Shown piece after piece: positions 51,320 to 64,000 of a stretch of DNA of 64,000 nt. The stretch covers positions 91,687,099 to 91,751,098 of the forward strand of contig NC_068987.1 of assembly GCF_001194135.2 (NCBI RefSeq), in the 5' to 3' direction. Positions within the stretch are counted from its first letter, which is position 1, and each line of letters begins with the position of its first letter. A program made the translations under genes and the position numbers. This DNA is from Octopus bimaculoides (lineage: Eukaryota). Under the pieces are notes generated by a model. It saw only the letters and a program-made list of their open reading frames with translations. It made no database searches and was not told where the DNA came from.

Positions 51320-51430
51320 CGGAGATGGTTGGTTTCTGACATTTAATAGTAAACAAACGTCCCTCTTTCGAATTCTGGCCAACTTTTCTGCATTCAATCC
51401 TCTCATTCCTGTACTAGCTATTAAGTAAAA
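51320..51430 (-). pseudogene. Possible Tx1/L1 APE endonuclease N-terminal remnant
   Basis: LIASTGMRGLNAEKLARIRK loosely resembles xIxSLNVRGLxxxxKxAR; short and weak. Confidence 0.3.
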
Positions 51431-51602
51431 TCGTTCTGCCTCGGAATTTAACCCCTCTGGAATCTTCTCCCATTCCATGCAAGTGTTGGCCCGTAACAAT
51501 ACAGACAAAAAAACAACATCACTCTCATTAGGTTTGTATACCTGAAAAGGTCATGGAAATTGCTTCTATTTTCAGACTCAATTAAAAAAACATATCTGGA
51601 AA

Positions 51603-51740
51603 ATACAGCTCTATATCTAAGAGATGAGGAATTATGTACATCATTTACATTTGACAGATATTTGTCCTCATCTTGTTTGTTGTTAACACAACGTTTCAGC
51701 TGATATATCCCCCAGCCTTCATCAGATGTTTTGGGGAAAT
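51603..51740 (-). mobile_element. Family P, copy 2 (3' part, Penelope-like terminus)
   Basis: About 100 nt shared with 21835-21930. Confidence 0.75.
51685..51730 (-). ncRNA. Minimal type-I hammerhead ribozyme motif (Penelope-like)
   Basis: Minus strand AACAT-CTGATGA-A-GGCTG-GGGGATATAT-CAGCT-GAAAC-GT-T-GTGTT: stem I AACAU/GUGUU, stem II GGCUG/CAGCU, palindromic AACGUU in place of stem III. Confidence 0.7.
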
Positions 51741-52575
51741 AATGTAAATAATGTATATCTGGAAAAGTTAGAAACGCTTAGACGTTTGCATAAAATATAA
51801 TAATTCAGATGTGCAAAATGCCCAGACTCTCTGAATTATTAGGAACTGTAATCAGATGTTACAGCTGTGTACCTTCACTTATCTCTCTTCATGGAAAGTC
51901 TGGAAGAATACTTCAAATCACGACTCAAAATAATTAAAAAAATACCGGGTGCCAATCAACGTCTGAATCGTTGCTGATATATATTTTAAAGTTGTTGATA
52001 CATGTGTGTCTGGGGAAATTATTTCTCGGGAAATTATCTACGACCAGATGACGTGTTATCGATGTGAACTCTGTCTCATCTAAAGTCAGCAATATAAAAA
52101 GCCGACATTGTGTTCATAAATTAAGGATATTTAGTAATACAAATATGTCTAATCGATAGCTGTGTTATAAGAATTTGCTTTTTATAAGTTGAACTTGGGA
52201 GATAGTAGTAGTGTTCGTAATATCTGCAGTTTTGACCAATTTAGAAGTAAAACACGAAATGAAGTAGAATAGCCAACTCGATTGCCTGCAGTACAGTGAA
52301 GGCAATTAGAGGGAACTTGCAACATGGTAGTGGTATTAAACCGGATTTTCTATTTGATATAACCAACTACAAATTAATAATAATCATGCGAATTTAATCA
52401 AAATGTTGCAGTGGATCAGCATAGCAGTGTAGATTATTTTACAATTAATAGATTTTACAATTCAACGCAGTGAATCAGATGCAAAGTAAAAGCTACTGAA
52501 TATGATAATAAAGATGAATGTATGATGACGGGAATGTTGATGTCAATAATGATGTTGTTGTTGTCGTTAATGATA

Positions 52576-52607
<32 letters not shown>

Positions 52608-52819
52608 GATGATGATGATGACGATGCTAGCATATATGATGTTACTGATGGTCACTATGGCGATGGCTGTGGTGATGTTTGGACAGGGAATGTACTTCGG
52701 TACACGTGATTTGCATAACGCCACCTACTTGTCAGAAATCGACCAACTGATTCTTCATTTTCGACACAGTCTATAATTTTGTATACGTGCAGTGATTAGG
52801 TTATGAATGATGCATGCAA

Positions 52820-53088
52820 CTAGACAAACATACATTCATACATACGTTTGTACATATACACACATGTATATACACACATGTATATATACACACACACACA
52901 CAAAGTGCATGTATGTATGCATATGCATATACGTGTACGATTATATATGTACGTGCGTGAGTGTGTGCATACATCTATGTGTATAGATGTATGTGCGCTT
53001 GCATAGATATATATGATATACCTATATTCAAATGCTTGCATGTACATCTGTACGCATGCACGGGAATGTATATATATTGTATATATTT

Positions 53089-53134
<46 letters not shown>

Positions 53135-53150
53135 CGTATGTATGTATGAG
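52820..53150. repeat. (TA)/(CA)/(TG) mosaic
   Basis: Directly visible. Confidence 0.85.
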
Positions 53151-53723
53151 CGCACTATCACAAATTTAAAAACAAATACACACATCAGTATGTAATATGG
53201 GAATCCGTGTGAGAGTGGATCTATGGCCATCCATCCTCAAGAGATTGATGGATATAGATAAGTAGATGAGATATGTGTCAATAAGTGTAAATGTGTGATT
53301 ACTGGTAATATATATTTTCTTTTAAAGTGAGAATTAAGAAAATATATATAAACCCCACCAAAAGCATAGGGGGTGTAGAAAGAAGTAGGGACTGAGAAAA
53401 AACAAAATGGAGATTGATAGATGTGCATGCTGTAGGTTTAGGCATATGCATAAATGATTTGTTCCTGTCACAATTAACTGGCAGAAAAAATAAACTAGGA
53501 AATGGAAAAAAAATCAGCCTCGTGGAATTGGATACACGATGGGAATTAACGAGCAGGTTTGTGGCAATCTAAGGCTCTACAGTCACTTTTTCATTCACGC
53601 TAGAATATATTTATCAACAACTATGAATGTATGTGGGACTGTTTATATCTCTTTATCAACATACGTGTATGCCTACACATCCATCTACCTACCTATCTAT
53701 CAACTATAAAAAATATACAGTAC

Positions 53724-53770
<47 letters not shown>

Positions 53771-54080
53771 CATAAATACATAAATACATATATGTATTCA
53801 TACATATATTGCTCAAAATGGCAATATTCAATGATACGGTTAATAATGAATAATAATGCTCTAATCAGTACTGTATACATCGTTTTTAATTTTAAACCTG
53901 GCGATTGGACATATATTTCAAGTTCATGTTAATAAACTTGGATATACGCCTTTCGTGCTTGTGTTTATGAATACGTCCTCATTTTTAAGATATATACATA
54001 CATGCATATTTATATACACCCATCTACACACATGTCATCTTTGTGACTTGCCGATCCTTGTGAATTGTGACTTGTCAAAC

Positions 54081-54196
54081 TTTCGTCATCTTTGTGACTT
54101 GTCAATACCGCGATGCAAGCCAAATCACCTTCTATGACTATATGCATCTGGCATCGTTTCGGTTACGCGGTATTGACAAGTAAAAAGATGATGAAA
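54081..54196. repeat. ~31-bp inverted repeat with 53-nt spacer
   Basis: TTTCGTCATCTTTGTGACTTGTCAATACCGCG (54081-54112) and CGCGGTATTGACAAGTAAAAAGATGATGAAA (54166-54196). Confidence 0.85.
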
Positions 54197-55324
54197 CATT
54201 AATGACCGTAGCTCCTGTAACGCGACCTGATGAGAGATATCTCGCTTGTCTATGACTTGCAGGTGTTTTAACACCGGGCGAATTCGTGAGAATATATTCT
54301 CTTACGCCTACATTTGGAGCCTGCTCACGAACTGACAAGACACATGCTTTGTATATGTGTGTTCGCTATTGTTTATACATACATATATGTGTGTGTGTGT
54401 GTGTGTGTGAGACGGAGAATCAAGGTGGATAAACTGTTGGTAAGAGATTCACGTATGCGATAAGATGTTTCAAACGATATTTGGATGAGTTGTTCTTCCT
54501 TTCTAAAGTTATGGTCGATTAAACACCTTATGGTTCGTCATCCGAAAAACTTTCAGTAGGATATACATGCAAGTATATTTAAATTTGACAAAGAATGAAG
54601 AATTTTATTTTTACATAATTTAATTCATTTATGAGCATTTTTTGTGGCTTGAAAAACAGTTTCCACTTTACAAAAATACCTAGTATGCGTATGCGTAATC
54701 GATAAATTAATTAATCAATTAATAAATGGGACAGTTATCCATTAATCATTCTCTTTAGAGCAAAGACTTTTATCAAATACTTGCTAAATTGACAATCCTT
54801 GGAAGTCAAATTCACAGTGGTGGAAAGTCCTGGGAAGTCAAGCTAAAACAACATGTTCGAGAAAAAACATTGAAGGTGCAACACTACACTGATCGCATAT
54901 CGCAGTTCCATCCAAATAGGTTATTATCGAGTGTAAGAGTCTATTAGTCTTTGAGAACATAGCTTAGGGCAGAATACTGCCAACTAAAAAATCATTTGCT
55001 GAGCAATCTGCAGCAGACATAGATTTAAAGTAACTACAAGATGACGAAGACGGAGCTGTCAGCTGCATAGCAACAGGGTGAAGAATTCATAACTTCAATT
55101 ATCCGCTCCCTATTTTCCTTTCGAGAAATATCATTTTTACAACAGTTGAAGTGAATTCAATTGAATACAAAAAAAAATCAACTGAGTGGTTTATGTCTGG
55201 GAAATAATTAAGGATTAGATTGAATATTAAAAGTTCGAAAAAAAAATGGATATTTGGGATTTCCAAGAGATAATAAGACACCGTAGGCGTTATCAGTCAT
55301 GTACTATGGTTGATTACATCGCCT

Positions 55325-55472
55325 GACATTGCCCCACTGGTACTTATTTTAGCGATGCCGATGGACGCAGAGCAAAGTCGACGTCGGTGGATTTTAACTG
55401 AAAACGCAAACGGCGGGCAAAAATGTTGTTCAGCAATTTGTTCGAGGCGCTAACGATTCTGCCATCTCGCCT
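55325..55472 (-). mobile_element. SINE family A, 5' two-thirds
   Basis: Reverse complement AGGCGAGATGGCAGAATCGTTAGCG ... GACTTTGC ... AAAATAAGTACCAGTGGGG. Confidence 0.8.
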
Positions 55473-55475
55473 CAC

Positions 55476-55477
55476 TA

Positions 55478-55546
<69 letters not shown>

Positions 55547-55571
55547 AATAATAATAACAATAATGATGATG

Positions 55572-55629
<58 letters not shown>

Positions 55630-55688
55630 ATATGATACGAGGAGTTTTATGATAATGATGATGATTACAATAAAACTGATATTTATGT

Positions 55689-55735
<47 letters not shown>

Positions 55736-56023
55736 GTGATTATGATCATAGCAACGATGATAGTAATGTCGATCATTGTCATGGTAATGAGAATGATGAT
55801 GATAATGATGATGATGATGATGACGACGATGATGTATTTTAAAGTTAGATATGGTGTGCAGTATGATAACTACGTCTATACATATGATAATTACATTGAA
55901 AGCAGAAACGATGGCTATCTTTACTGCTGGTTTATATCATCCTGATGTCTATGATTTGGTAATTTATAGGGTCTATGACGACGACGACGACGATGGAAGT
56001 GGTGGTGGCAATAATGCTACTTG

Positions 56024-56058
<35 letters not shown>

Positions 56059-56560
56059 GTGGTGGTGATGGTGGTGGTGGTTAGGGTGTGGTGGTGATGT
56101 TGAGAAATGGTGCTGATGATGATTATATGTTTGTGATCTTTGTGGTCATTGTGTTGATGGTGGCAGAAGTAAGGGAGGCAACGACGTCTATAATTATTAT
56201 AGTGTTGTTGATGTCCATGATGGCGATGTTGATGACGATGATGGTGATGTTGATGACGATTTCAGCTCTTTGTAGGAACTGGTTTAAATCACCATTATGT
56301 TAATAGGATGAAGTTACGAAAGATTAGGCTTCAACAGTGATGGGGACGACGTTGTCAATGATGATGATGACGACGACGACGACGACGACGAGGATGATGA
56401 TGATGATGGTGATGGTGATGATGACAAAGACGACGATGATGATGATAATGATAGCTATATTGACAAAAACGACGGCGGTGATGTTGATGATGATGAGCAT
56501 GGTGGAGGTGGTGACGATATTTTTTATTGGTGGTGATGTTGTTTTGGTAGAATCGATGTA
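55476..56560. repeat. (CTA)n,(AAT)n,(GAT)n,(GGT)n,(GAC)n decayed trinucleotide field
   Basis: Directly visible. Confidence 0.9.
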
Positions 56561-56954
56561 TTTGTAACTAAGGTAGATGATATTCGTTTCGGAGGAAACA
56601 ACTATCGTCTGCTCCTTTTACTATGAACGATGCTCAGAGTAAAAGTAATTATGAGGATTTTTTAGTAGATATTAATGGAACAAATGGTCTTGTCTCAACA
56701 TTGGGAAGAATTACAATTATATTGCCCTTATTGTTCCAATGATTTGGGTAGCGGATTGAAAAACTCGTTAGAATATCGGGGGGAAAAATGCCAAGAAACA
56801 TTTGTTCCAGACCTTGGAGTTCGGAATTTTTATTTCGACGCGATCATATTTACCTTTCGTCTTTCCAGTATCGCTAAAATCTCATCAATCCGATCAATTA
56901 ACCGCATCAGCACCATTTCATGCCCACAATTAGAAGGGTTTATGATAAAAAGAC

Positions 56955-57085
56955 TTCCGATGTTGACTTCGCCTTTCATCCTTTCGGTGTCAAGAACCAA
57001 TTGAATGTGGGGTCGAGAACATAAGTTCCACTTGACTCTGGGGTCGATATAACTGTCTTACAACTTGTTCTGAAATTGCATTCCT
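56955..57085 (+). mobile_element. SINE family A, 3' fragment
   Basis: CCGATGTTGACTTCGCCTTTCATCCTTTCGG ... CTGGGGTCGAT. Confidence 0.65.
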
Positions 57086-57663
57086 TCAAAATTTGAAACC
57101 ATTCGTACAAGAAGTTGAGAAATCATTATTTTTGAACACATGAAGAAACGTGGTAGATGAAAGAATCAATCACATATGGGGACTATTGAATAACAGATCG
57201 TAGTTGCCCTTAGTTAATATAACAGTTCTTTTTAGGGATTATTCATGGACACCACTAACAACTTAATTGTTCCTATCACAGACAGCGTTGCCTTGTTCGA
57301 AATTTGTTATTTGTGTTTGTTTTCCTTTATTTTATCTAAATATTTGTATCATTTGCAGTAATTATTTTAATAAAGATTGGCTTGCTGCAGATCACCATTT
57401 TCTTTCTTGTAACCAGTCTAAATGCGTTGCATTTTTCAGAATGTATTTACGGGTTTGTAAATTTGCTAAATTATTCAGCATCTAGTCGAAAATACAACCA
57501 TAATTTATTGAGGAAACAAGTAATTTATTTATGCTCAATATCTTCCTCAACTTTTAGCCATTTTGTTTAAAAAAACAATCAAATTTCTTCAGCGTGTGTA
57601 TATATATGAACGCTCACTTTCTGTCCGTGTGGGTTGTTGTGTGTAGTGCACCATGTGACTCTT

Positions 57664-57665
57664 TC

Positions 57666-57717
<52 letters not shown>

Positions 57718-57845
57718 GTCTGTCTGTCTGTTTGTCTATCTATCTGTCTATCTATGTCTACACACATACATATGTACGTATGTTTATATATATGTATGTG
57801 TGCGTGTTTTTGCGCGCGCGCGTGTGTGTGTGTGTGCGTGTATAG
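57664..57845. repeat. (TCTA)n-(TCTG)n and (TG)n
   Basis: Directly visible. Confidence 0.9.
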
Positions 57846-58840
57846 ATACATATACACTGACACATACACACATTTAAGGTTATTCACCATTTTTCATTTC
57901 GTTTATGTTGTTCAAGTGCATTGTTTCAAGCACCTCTCAAATATAAACGACCAGAAGCATTAAGAAAGTCATGACGTTAACAACTTCACAGAATATCGAT
58001 AACCAACGCCCTATCACGCTTGTGGCCCTCGCCTCTTTCCAGTCATAGAGATCGGAAAGTGAAATCTACGGAGTTATTGAGAGTCTTTATCCTGCTTCCT
58101 GTTACTCAATTGTTTTTTTACTTCTATAAAAAACTATGCGCAGAATGAAATGAAAATTGTTTTACTGGTTTCAAAACCTCTTCATAACGAATTATTTCTC
58201 TTCGAGCCACCCTCTTTGAGAGACAATTGTTGTAAGCTGACAACAATGATGACGGTTTCTATATATTTTCGTACATCATTTTGACAACTTCACAAATCAT
58301 TATTGATTGATCCGCTGACAAATTTCTTTGTGATATTCACAGATATTTTTTTTTGTCTTCGAAGGTCAATAAAATATTTACCTGCAGTTGAAGTTGTTGC
58401 TTAGCTTCAGTTAGTTCTGATCCATGAAATCTATACCAACATCAATGGCTCCTATGCGATTGTTATAATGATCTTCATGTTGCTGGTGACAATGACGACG
58501 ATCAAGAAGATAGTGGTGTGATTATTAAAGCGATGCTTTTATCGGTATATGAGGGCGAGGATGTTGATCGCCATACTGATGATGCTCTGAATGCCTTCTG
58601 CAACAAAGACTACATTAACAACGCGGTGGATGTGGGCGTCTGCTTTCGGATCAGCTTGTGATTATCGAGCTGATAAGGGAACATGTTATTTCCTGTCTCT
58701 CTCTCTCTCTCTCTCATCAACCACTTTACACATTTATCCATTCCGTTATCATTCCGAATCCAGTAGCTTCGGTTCCCCTCTATGGTTACAGTTGCGGCCA
58801 TTAAGTCTGCTGAAAACATTTAGCAACGGAACGATACAAA

Positions 58841-59074
58841 CTACTACTACTACTACTACTACTACTACGACGACGACGACGACGACGACGACCACCACCA
58901 CCACCACCACCACCACCGCCNNNNNNNNNNNNNNNNNNNNNNNNNNNNNNNNNNNNNNNNNNNNNNNNNNNNNNNNNNNNNNNNNNNNNNNNNNNNNNNN
59001 NNNNNNNNNNNNNNNNNNNNNNNNNNNNNNNNNNNNNNNNNNNNNNNNNNNNNNNNNNNNNNNNNNNNNNNNNN

Positions 59075-59135
<61 letters not shown>

Positions 59136-59290
59136 ATAATAATAATAGTGATGATGATGAAGAGGGGGATGGTAGTGATAATGGTGATGGTGGTAACGAA
59201 AGTAATGATGATGATGATGATGAGGAGGAGGAGGAGGAGGAAGGAGGTGATGATGGGGATGATGGTGATGAAGATGGTGACGGTGATGTA
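58841..59290. repeat. (ACT)n-(ACG)n-(ACC)n, gap, (ACT)n-(AAT)n-(GAT/GAG)n
   Basis: Directly visible. Confidence 0.9.
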
Positions 59291-59729
59291 TTCTAAGAAT
59301 GCAAGGGTACACAGCGACTTAATAATAACACAGAGACTCAATAACAATCAAAAGTCGATTTCATTATCGTTATTTCCATCGAAATAGACTGTTTCGCTTT
59401 TTTTTCTCTTTAAATAATAAGGAATCATAATGGTGACTAATATAAGCAGAAGGGGATGAGTTTACGACAAGCGATACAATCAATGATATCGATCCCAGTA
59501 ATTCACTGTTATTTAATTTATCGACTCTGTTATGTAATACGTGGCATGGTGACCGGGAATCAAACGTTAAAAAGCTTTCACTAAACCACTTCCATTATTC
59601 CGTGAATATAATGAGTGTTAGCATAGTCACAGCGGTCCGAAATGGTATAGAACAAAAATGGGGAGTGGGCAGTCGGAGGAGTCAATGTTTACTCGTTTTA
59701 TATAACCGGGAAATAACACGTTCAGCAGC

Positions 59730-60005
59730 ACTGGTTTGTGTCATGGGTGCTAGAATCCGAGAATCCGAGTAGTATCCAAAATATGCAGTCCTTTCCGAAG
59801 CGTCACAGTTACTCCACCAACCATTCCTGGCTGTCTTGGACATGCATACAATCCGTAGCTGTCGTGAATGGACATGCAGGCCCTTGCTTCGGGAATTCTA
59901 GCTGATAGGCATCACATCTATATCGAGTGACCACAGGTCATTGATGAGGTAGTCTTGCTTTCAAGGTGACCCCAGGCCACGTGCACTCACACCTCCTTTA
60001 CATGT
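59730..60005 (-). pseudogene. Tx1/L1-clade LINE, APE endonuclease N-terminal fragment
   Basis: ARGLGSP*KQDYLINDLWSLDIDVMPIS*; MVGGVTVTLRKGL (cf. NVRGL.SP.K...LL..L..L.IDV..ISET ... GGVA.L.RK). Confidence 0.7.
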
Positions 60006-61516
60006 TTCACAAGTGAGAGGGAAGCAAGAAGAACCATTTATTTCTGTGCAAAAGACAGCTGTTCCTTCTTTTCGGTTAATTAAGGATGTTTCTTTACAAT
60101 ATCTATTTATATATCCCTATGATAAACTCTTGGATCATTTTGATTTTATTGTTATTACCTTCTTGTATTGTTTTTATAATTTTTGTATAAATTGTGGTGT
60201 TATGTGTGGTTGTGATGTATTCATTGTGAATAGTGTTTCTCGGTTGGTTTATAATGTTGCATTGTTGTTTGCATATGTGGCCGTGTAGTTGTTGATGCTA
60301 ATTGCCGAAATGGTTTGGGGCCGCAATTCATGGACTGGGTTGTCTATTCGTTTGTAATGTCTATTGGTGTTATTCGTGATGGAAAAGTTTGTTATTGTAC
60401 TGGTGTCAGAAATGTGAATGTGTGTCTGTTTGATCCTTTCAGGCCTCATTTGAGCAGCATCTTTCGTGTTCTGTTGTTTTAGTATTTCTTTTCACAAGAA
60501 TATTGTAAGCAGCTTCTCAAAAGCATTTTCCTCGAAAGGCGAGTTTTCGTAGTCAGAAAATCTGTGGGAGGAAGAAGTTGGTTTTCACAATTAAGTATAA
60601 ATACAAGGCAAGACATTTGGAGAAATGAATGATAAATATACAAGATTTCACTATTTGACTGGTTCTGTATTTAGTGACAACGAAGACAAAAGGTTTTCGT
60701 AGGATTTGAAGTCAGCAACGAAAAGATCCGTAGGTAATTACCGTAACACATTTCGTCGGGGTCACAAGCGATTAATGTCTTTTCAACAGATCCCTGCAAT
60801 GATAATAAAACAGAACTCACACCAAAAATCGAAACGCAATTACTATCCAATAAAACAACAGAAATCATACACAACACGAATTCTAAAGAAATGAAAAACA
60901 GAAAAACAGAAAAAAAAAAAATCAGTAGACCAACAAAGAAGAGAAGCAGCCAAAGAAAGGGGATGATTTATACAAACACACCTTACCTGCACAAAATAAA
61001 GTGCTGCACACACCTACGACGAAATGAACCTGAGGGTTCACTAGAAGCATCCATTAAGCTATTGAAAATTGATGATCAGAATAACAATGAAAATTATAAC
61101 ATCTTTTGTCTTTCACTAATGTGATAAACGACGAAAATATTTTATAAATACCGCATTGTTTATCAAAAACGATAAAATAAATCTATATATTCTAGCCGTC
61201 ATAAAATTCTATTCTGTACCGCATCATCACCTCGGAAGCAACTTCTCTTCCATTCATGAAATTTAATAGTTTTATGTTTCGCTAGTAATACTTCTAGTAT
61301 TATTATATCTGTTGATATTTTCGATGATATTAAAGATGGCGGCGATGTGGATGTTTTTTATTATTCATGTTTTTCGTTTGTTACATTGGGTTTAATGCAG
61401 TTGTTGATGCTTATCTGTGAGATGGGAAATGGTATTGTAGTTGTTTTTACTATCGCTATTGCAATCTCTGCGTGACAATAGATTGGAAGTATTAAATACG
61501 AAAATGTATTAATAGG

Positions 61517-61598
61517 ACCACACACACACACACACATGAACACACGAACACACACACACACACACACACACACAAATACTCATACATAATCACTCTGT

Positions 61599-61640
<42 letters not shown>

Positions 61641-61695
61641 TGCATACACACATACATACACACACGTACGTATATATTTAAATATGTGTGTGTGT

Positions 61696-61778
<83 letters not shown>

Positions 61779-62194
61779 GGTGGATGTGTATGTTTGCAGG
61801 AGTTGCAAAACAAGAGGTTAAATCAGATAATACAAATATTAGGATGGAATATATAAATAAATATAGACAAACGTAAAACTAAATACAAGGAAAGAAACGA
61901 ACGGTGAAAGAAATAATTAATGAAAATCTCTCTCGAAATCATAGTGAGCGGAGGCGCGATTCGACAGGTTATGAAATATGGAGAACTGGATAATATAAAA
62001 TTGGTGCACGACGCCTATTTATGCGTATATAGACATACACTTAAATGCATACATACCCGTACGCATATATGCGCGCGGGTGTGTGTGTGTATAAATAGGC
62101 ATACAGCTACATACATTTATATATATGTATATATATATATATGTATGTATATACATATATGTATACATATATATACATACATATATATATATAT

Positions 62195-62232
<38 letters not shown>

Positions 62233-62311
62233 AGACATGTATACATTTATATGTATTTGTTGATATATATGTTTGTATACATATCTATCTGTCTGTCGCT
62301 TTCTGTTTTTC

Positions 62312-62350
<39 letters not shown>
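61517..62350. repeat. (CA),(TA),(TG),(CT) microsatellite cluster
   Basis: Directly visible. Confidence 0.9.
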
Positions 62351-62356
<6 letters not shown>

Positions 62357-62940
62357 TCATATATTTTATGTATATCTCTATGTAGAGAGCTCTCTATATG
62401 TGTGTTTGTGTATGCCTGTGGTTCATACTTTAGCATTGTATGTGTGCATTTATGGTAAGAAAAATGAAAACGTAGCATCCACATGAGTGTTTATCTCTAA
62501 ACGAAATTAAAATTTACAATATATAGAATAAACAAAATCCGTAGATAGATTTTTACTCTGTTAATGTAAACCATTAATATAATTATTAAGTAAAATGTCA
62601 TTATTGCTAATAAAAATGATTTTTAAAAAATCAAACAAAACAGTATGATCAATATAAAACGAAAAAGAAGTGTGCAAGTCACGATATAAAAAACAAGAAC
62701 AAAAACATGATCATTTCAAAACTCTGTTATTGAGAATGACATTATAATAATCCACGTAATACAAAACAAGAATTTACCAACAAAAAGTCTGAATCAGTAA
62801 AACTCATTTGGAACGTAATCGCCAATAAATAAAAATGGCGTAATAGAAATCATAATAGTATTGTTTGCAAATTTCTGGAGTTGTGATTTGTGCACACGAG
62901 AGAAACAATTAGAAGCGCTGTTACTGTTATTGTTGTAATT

Positions 62941-62971
<31 letters not shown>

Positions 62972-62972
<1 letters not shown>

Positions 62973-63175
62973 AAGGCGGTGAGCTGGCCGAATCGTTAGC
63001 ACGCTGTGTAAAACGTTCCGTCTTTAAGTCTTGAGTTCAAATTCTGCTTAGGTCGACATTGCATTTTATCCTTTCGGGGTCGATGAAACAGGTACCACTC
63101 AAGTGCTGGGGTCGATGTAATCGACTAGTCACCTTCCCCCAAATTTCTGGCCTTGTGCGCCTATAGGTGAAAGAA
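62972..63175 (+). mobile_element. SINE family A, preceded by (GTT)n/(ATT)n
   Basis: TAAGGCGGTGAGCTGGCCGAATCGTTAGCACG ... GAGTTCAAATTC ... CTTTCGGGGTCGATG ... CCCCAAATTTCTGGCCTTGTG. Confidence 0.9.
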
Positions 63176-64000
63176 CAGTCACTGCTTTTGTTTTTGTTGT
63201 TTGTGGTGGATATTTCTGCTATATCGGTTCTCGACGGTTTGCTAAATTTTGTTGAAATCAATTCTTTTCACTGTTTTCAGTTTTGTTAAAACGTTGAGTA
63301 AGGTCTCCACCCTTCAGTCTACATTGGATTAAAAAGGAGGAGTGCCGAATTGTGACTCAGAACTGTAATCGTCGTCTGATTTGTTCTATATTGGAATTGC
63401 AGCCATTTTAGCGTCTGCTGTCAAAGGCAGCAGGATGATGAACGACTCCTAAGACCAACAATCCCACTGGAGAAAGTTACTCCACATTTCCGTCGGAATA
63501 TTACAGCTGATCCGGGTGGCTGTAGGAACAGTGCATGCACAAGAACAACAACTACAAAGGCAACAAGAAAAACAACAATAATGGTAATGGTAGGGAAGAG
63601 GGTAGCAATAATAAGGGCGCATTTTTTAACACTGAGAACATCAAAACAACTGTCAGCAACAACAACAGCATCAACTGGTGTAGTAACAATAAAAAAACAA
63701 GGACAAAATCAGCAACAAAATTAATAACGACGACATAGTGATGAGAGTGACCCCCCCCCCACCGGCAGGCAATCATGTTGCGATGGCAGCGAAATGTGCA
63801 TAATACCTATGGATAAGCCTAAACGACAAGGTGACATCACACAGGAGGCATAACTTGTTAAAGTGGATGTGAACAGAACATCAGTTGCCATCCCTGTCGA
63901 GTTTTTAGTGGAAAGTATCCGAAAGACTATGTTGTATCACTGTATGTTGGCTTTACCCGACGCTTAGAAGCTACAACACATGAAAGTGTCCTGAGATAAG

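Larger units (their letters stand above)
2469..59074. other. 19 assembly gaps (N-runs), about 6.5 kb in total
   Basis: 2469-3200, 5381-5824, 7083-7352, 8352-8896, 14683-15151, 19346-19693, 23316-23936, 27957-28079, 30043-30720, 31407-31912, 35711-35878, 36075-36116, 39340-39443, 40017-40037, 41435-41634, 42615-42891, 49592-50139, 50965-51250, 58921-59074. Confidence 0.97.

Noticed and set aside
58455-58660. Open acidic frame (DNDDDQEDSG ... DVDRHTDDALNAF)
   Set aside because: Looks like a decayed (GAT)n tract; no splice or homology support.
2443-59136. Long ORFs in the track (180-285 aa)
   Set aside because: They are X-filled read-throughs of N-gaps.
3435-62486. HT/YI/CV-, poly-L/S/I/N- and D/M-rich ORFs
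   Set aside because: Translations of di- and trinucleotide microsatellites; no domain content.

Overview
AT-rich animal genomic DNA from a gapped draft assembly: 19 N-runs totalling about 6.5 kb, most abutting microsatellites. The repeat repertoire points to an octopus (inference): a tRNA-Arg/CORE-type SINE resembling octopus OR SINEs, very dense (TA/CA/AAT/GAT)n microsatellites, and R4/Dong, RTE, CR1/L2 and Tx1 LINE debris. I find no supportable intact host gene, rRNA/tRNA gene, CRISPR array or prokaryotic system. Nearly every ORF in the track is a microsatellite or N-gap artefact; the recognisable protein fragments are decayed transposon proteins. The window reads as intronic or intergenic. 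The most interesting structure is in the mobile DNA. (1) A tRNA-headed short element carries a minimal Penelope-type hammerhead ribozyme (two copies, one with an intact core). (2) A ~530-bp non-coding family always sits inside (AAT)n tracts in the same polarity as at least six R4/Dong fragments, suggesting a microsatellite-targeted LINE plus non-autonomous partner. (3) A back-to-back inverted pair of Pol III tRNA-like heads. (4) A second RLE-LINE 3' end associated with (TATG)n. None of this is shown to be novel without database searches. All alignments, translations and boundaries were done by eye and are approximate.
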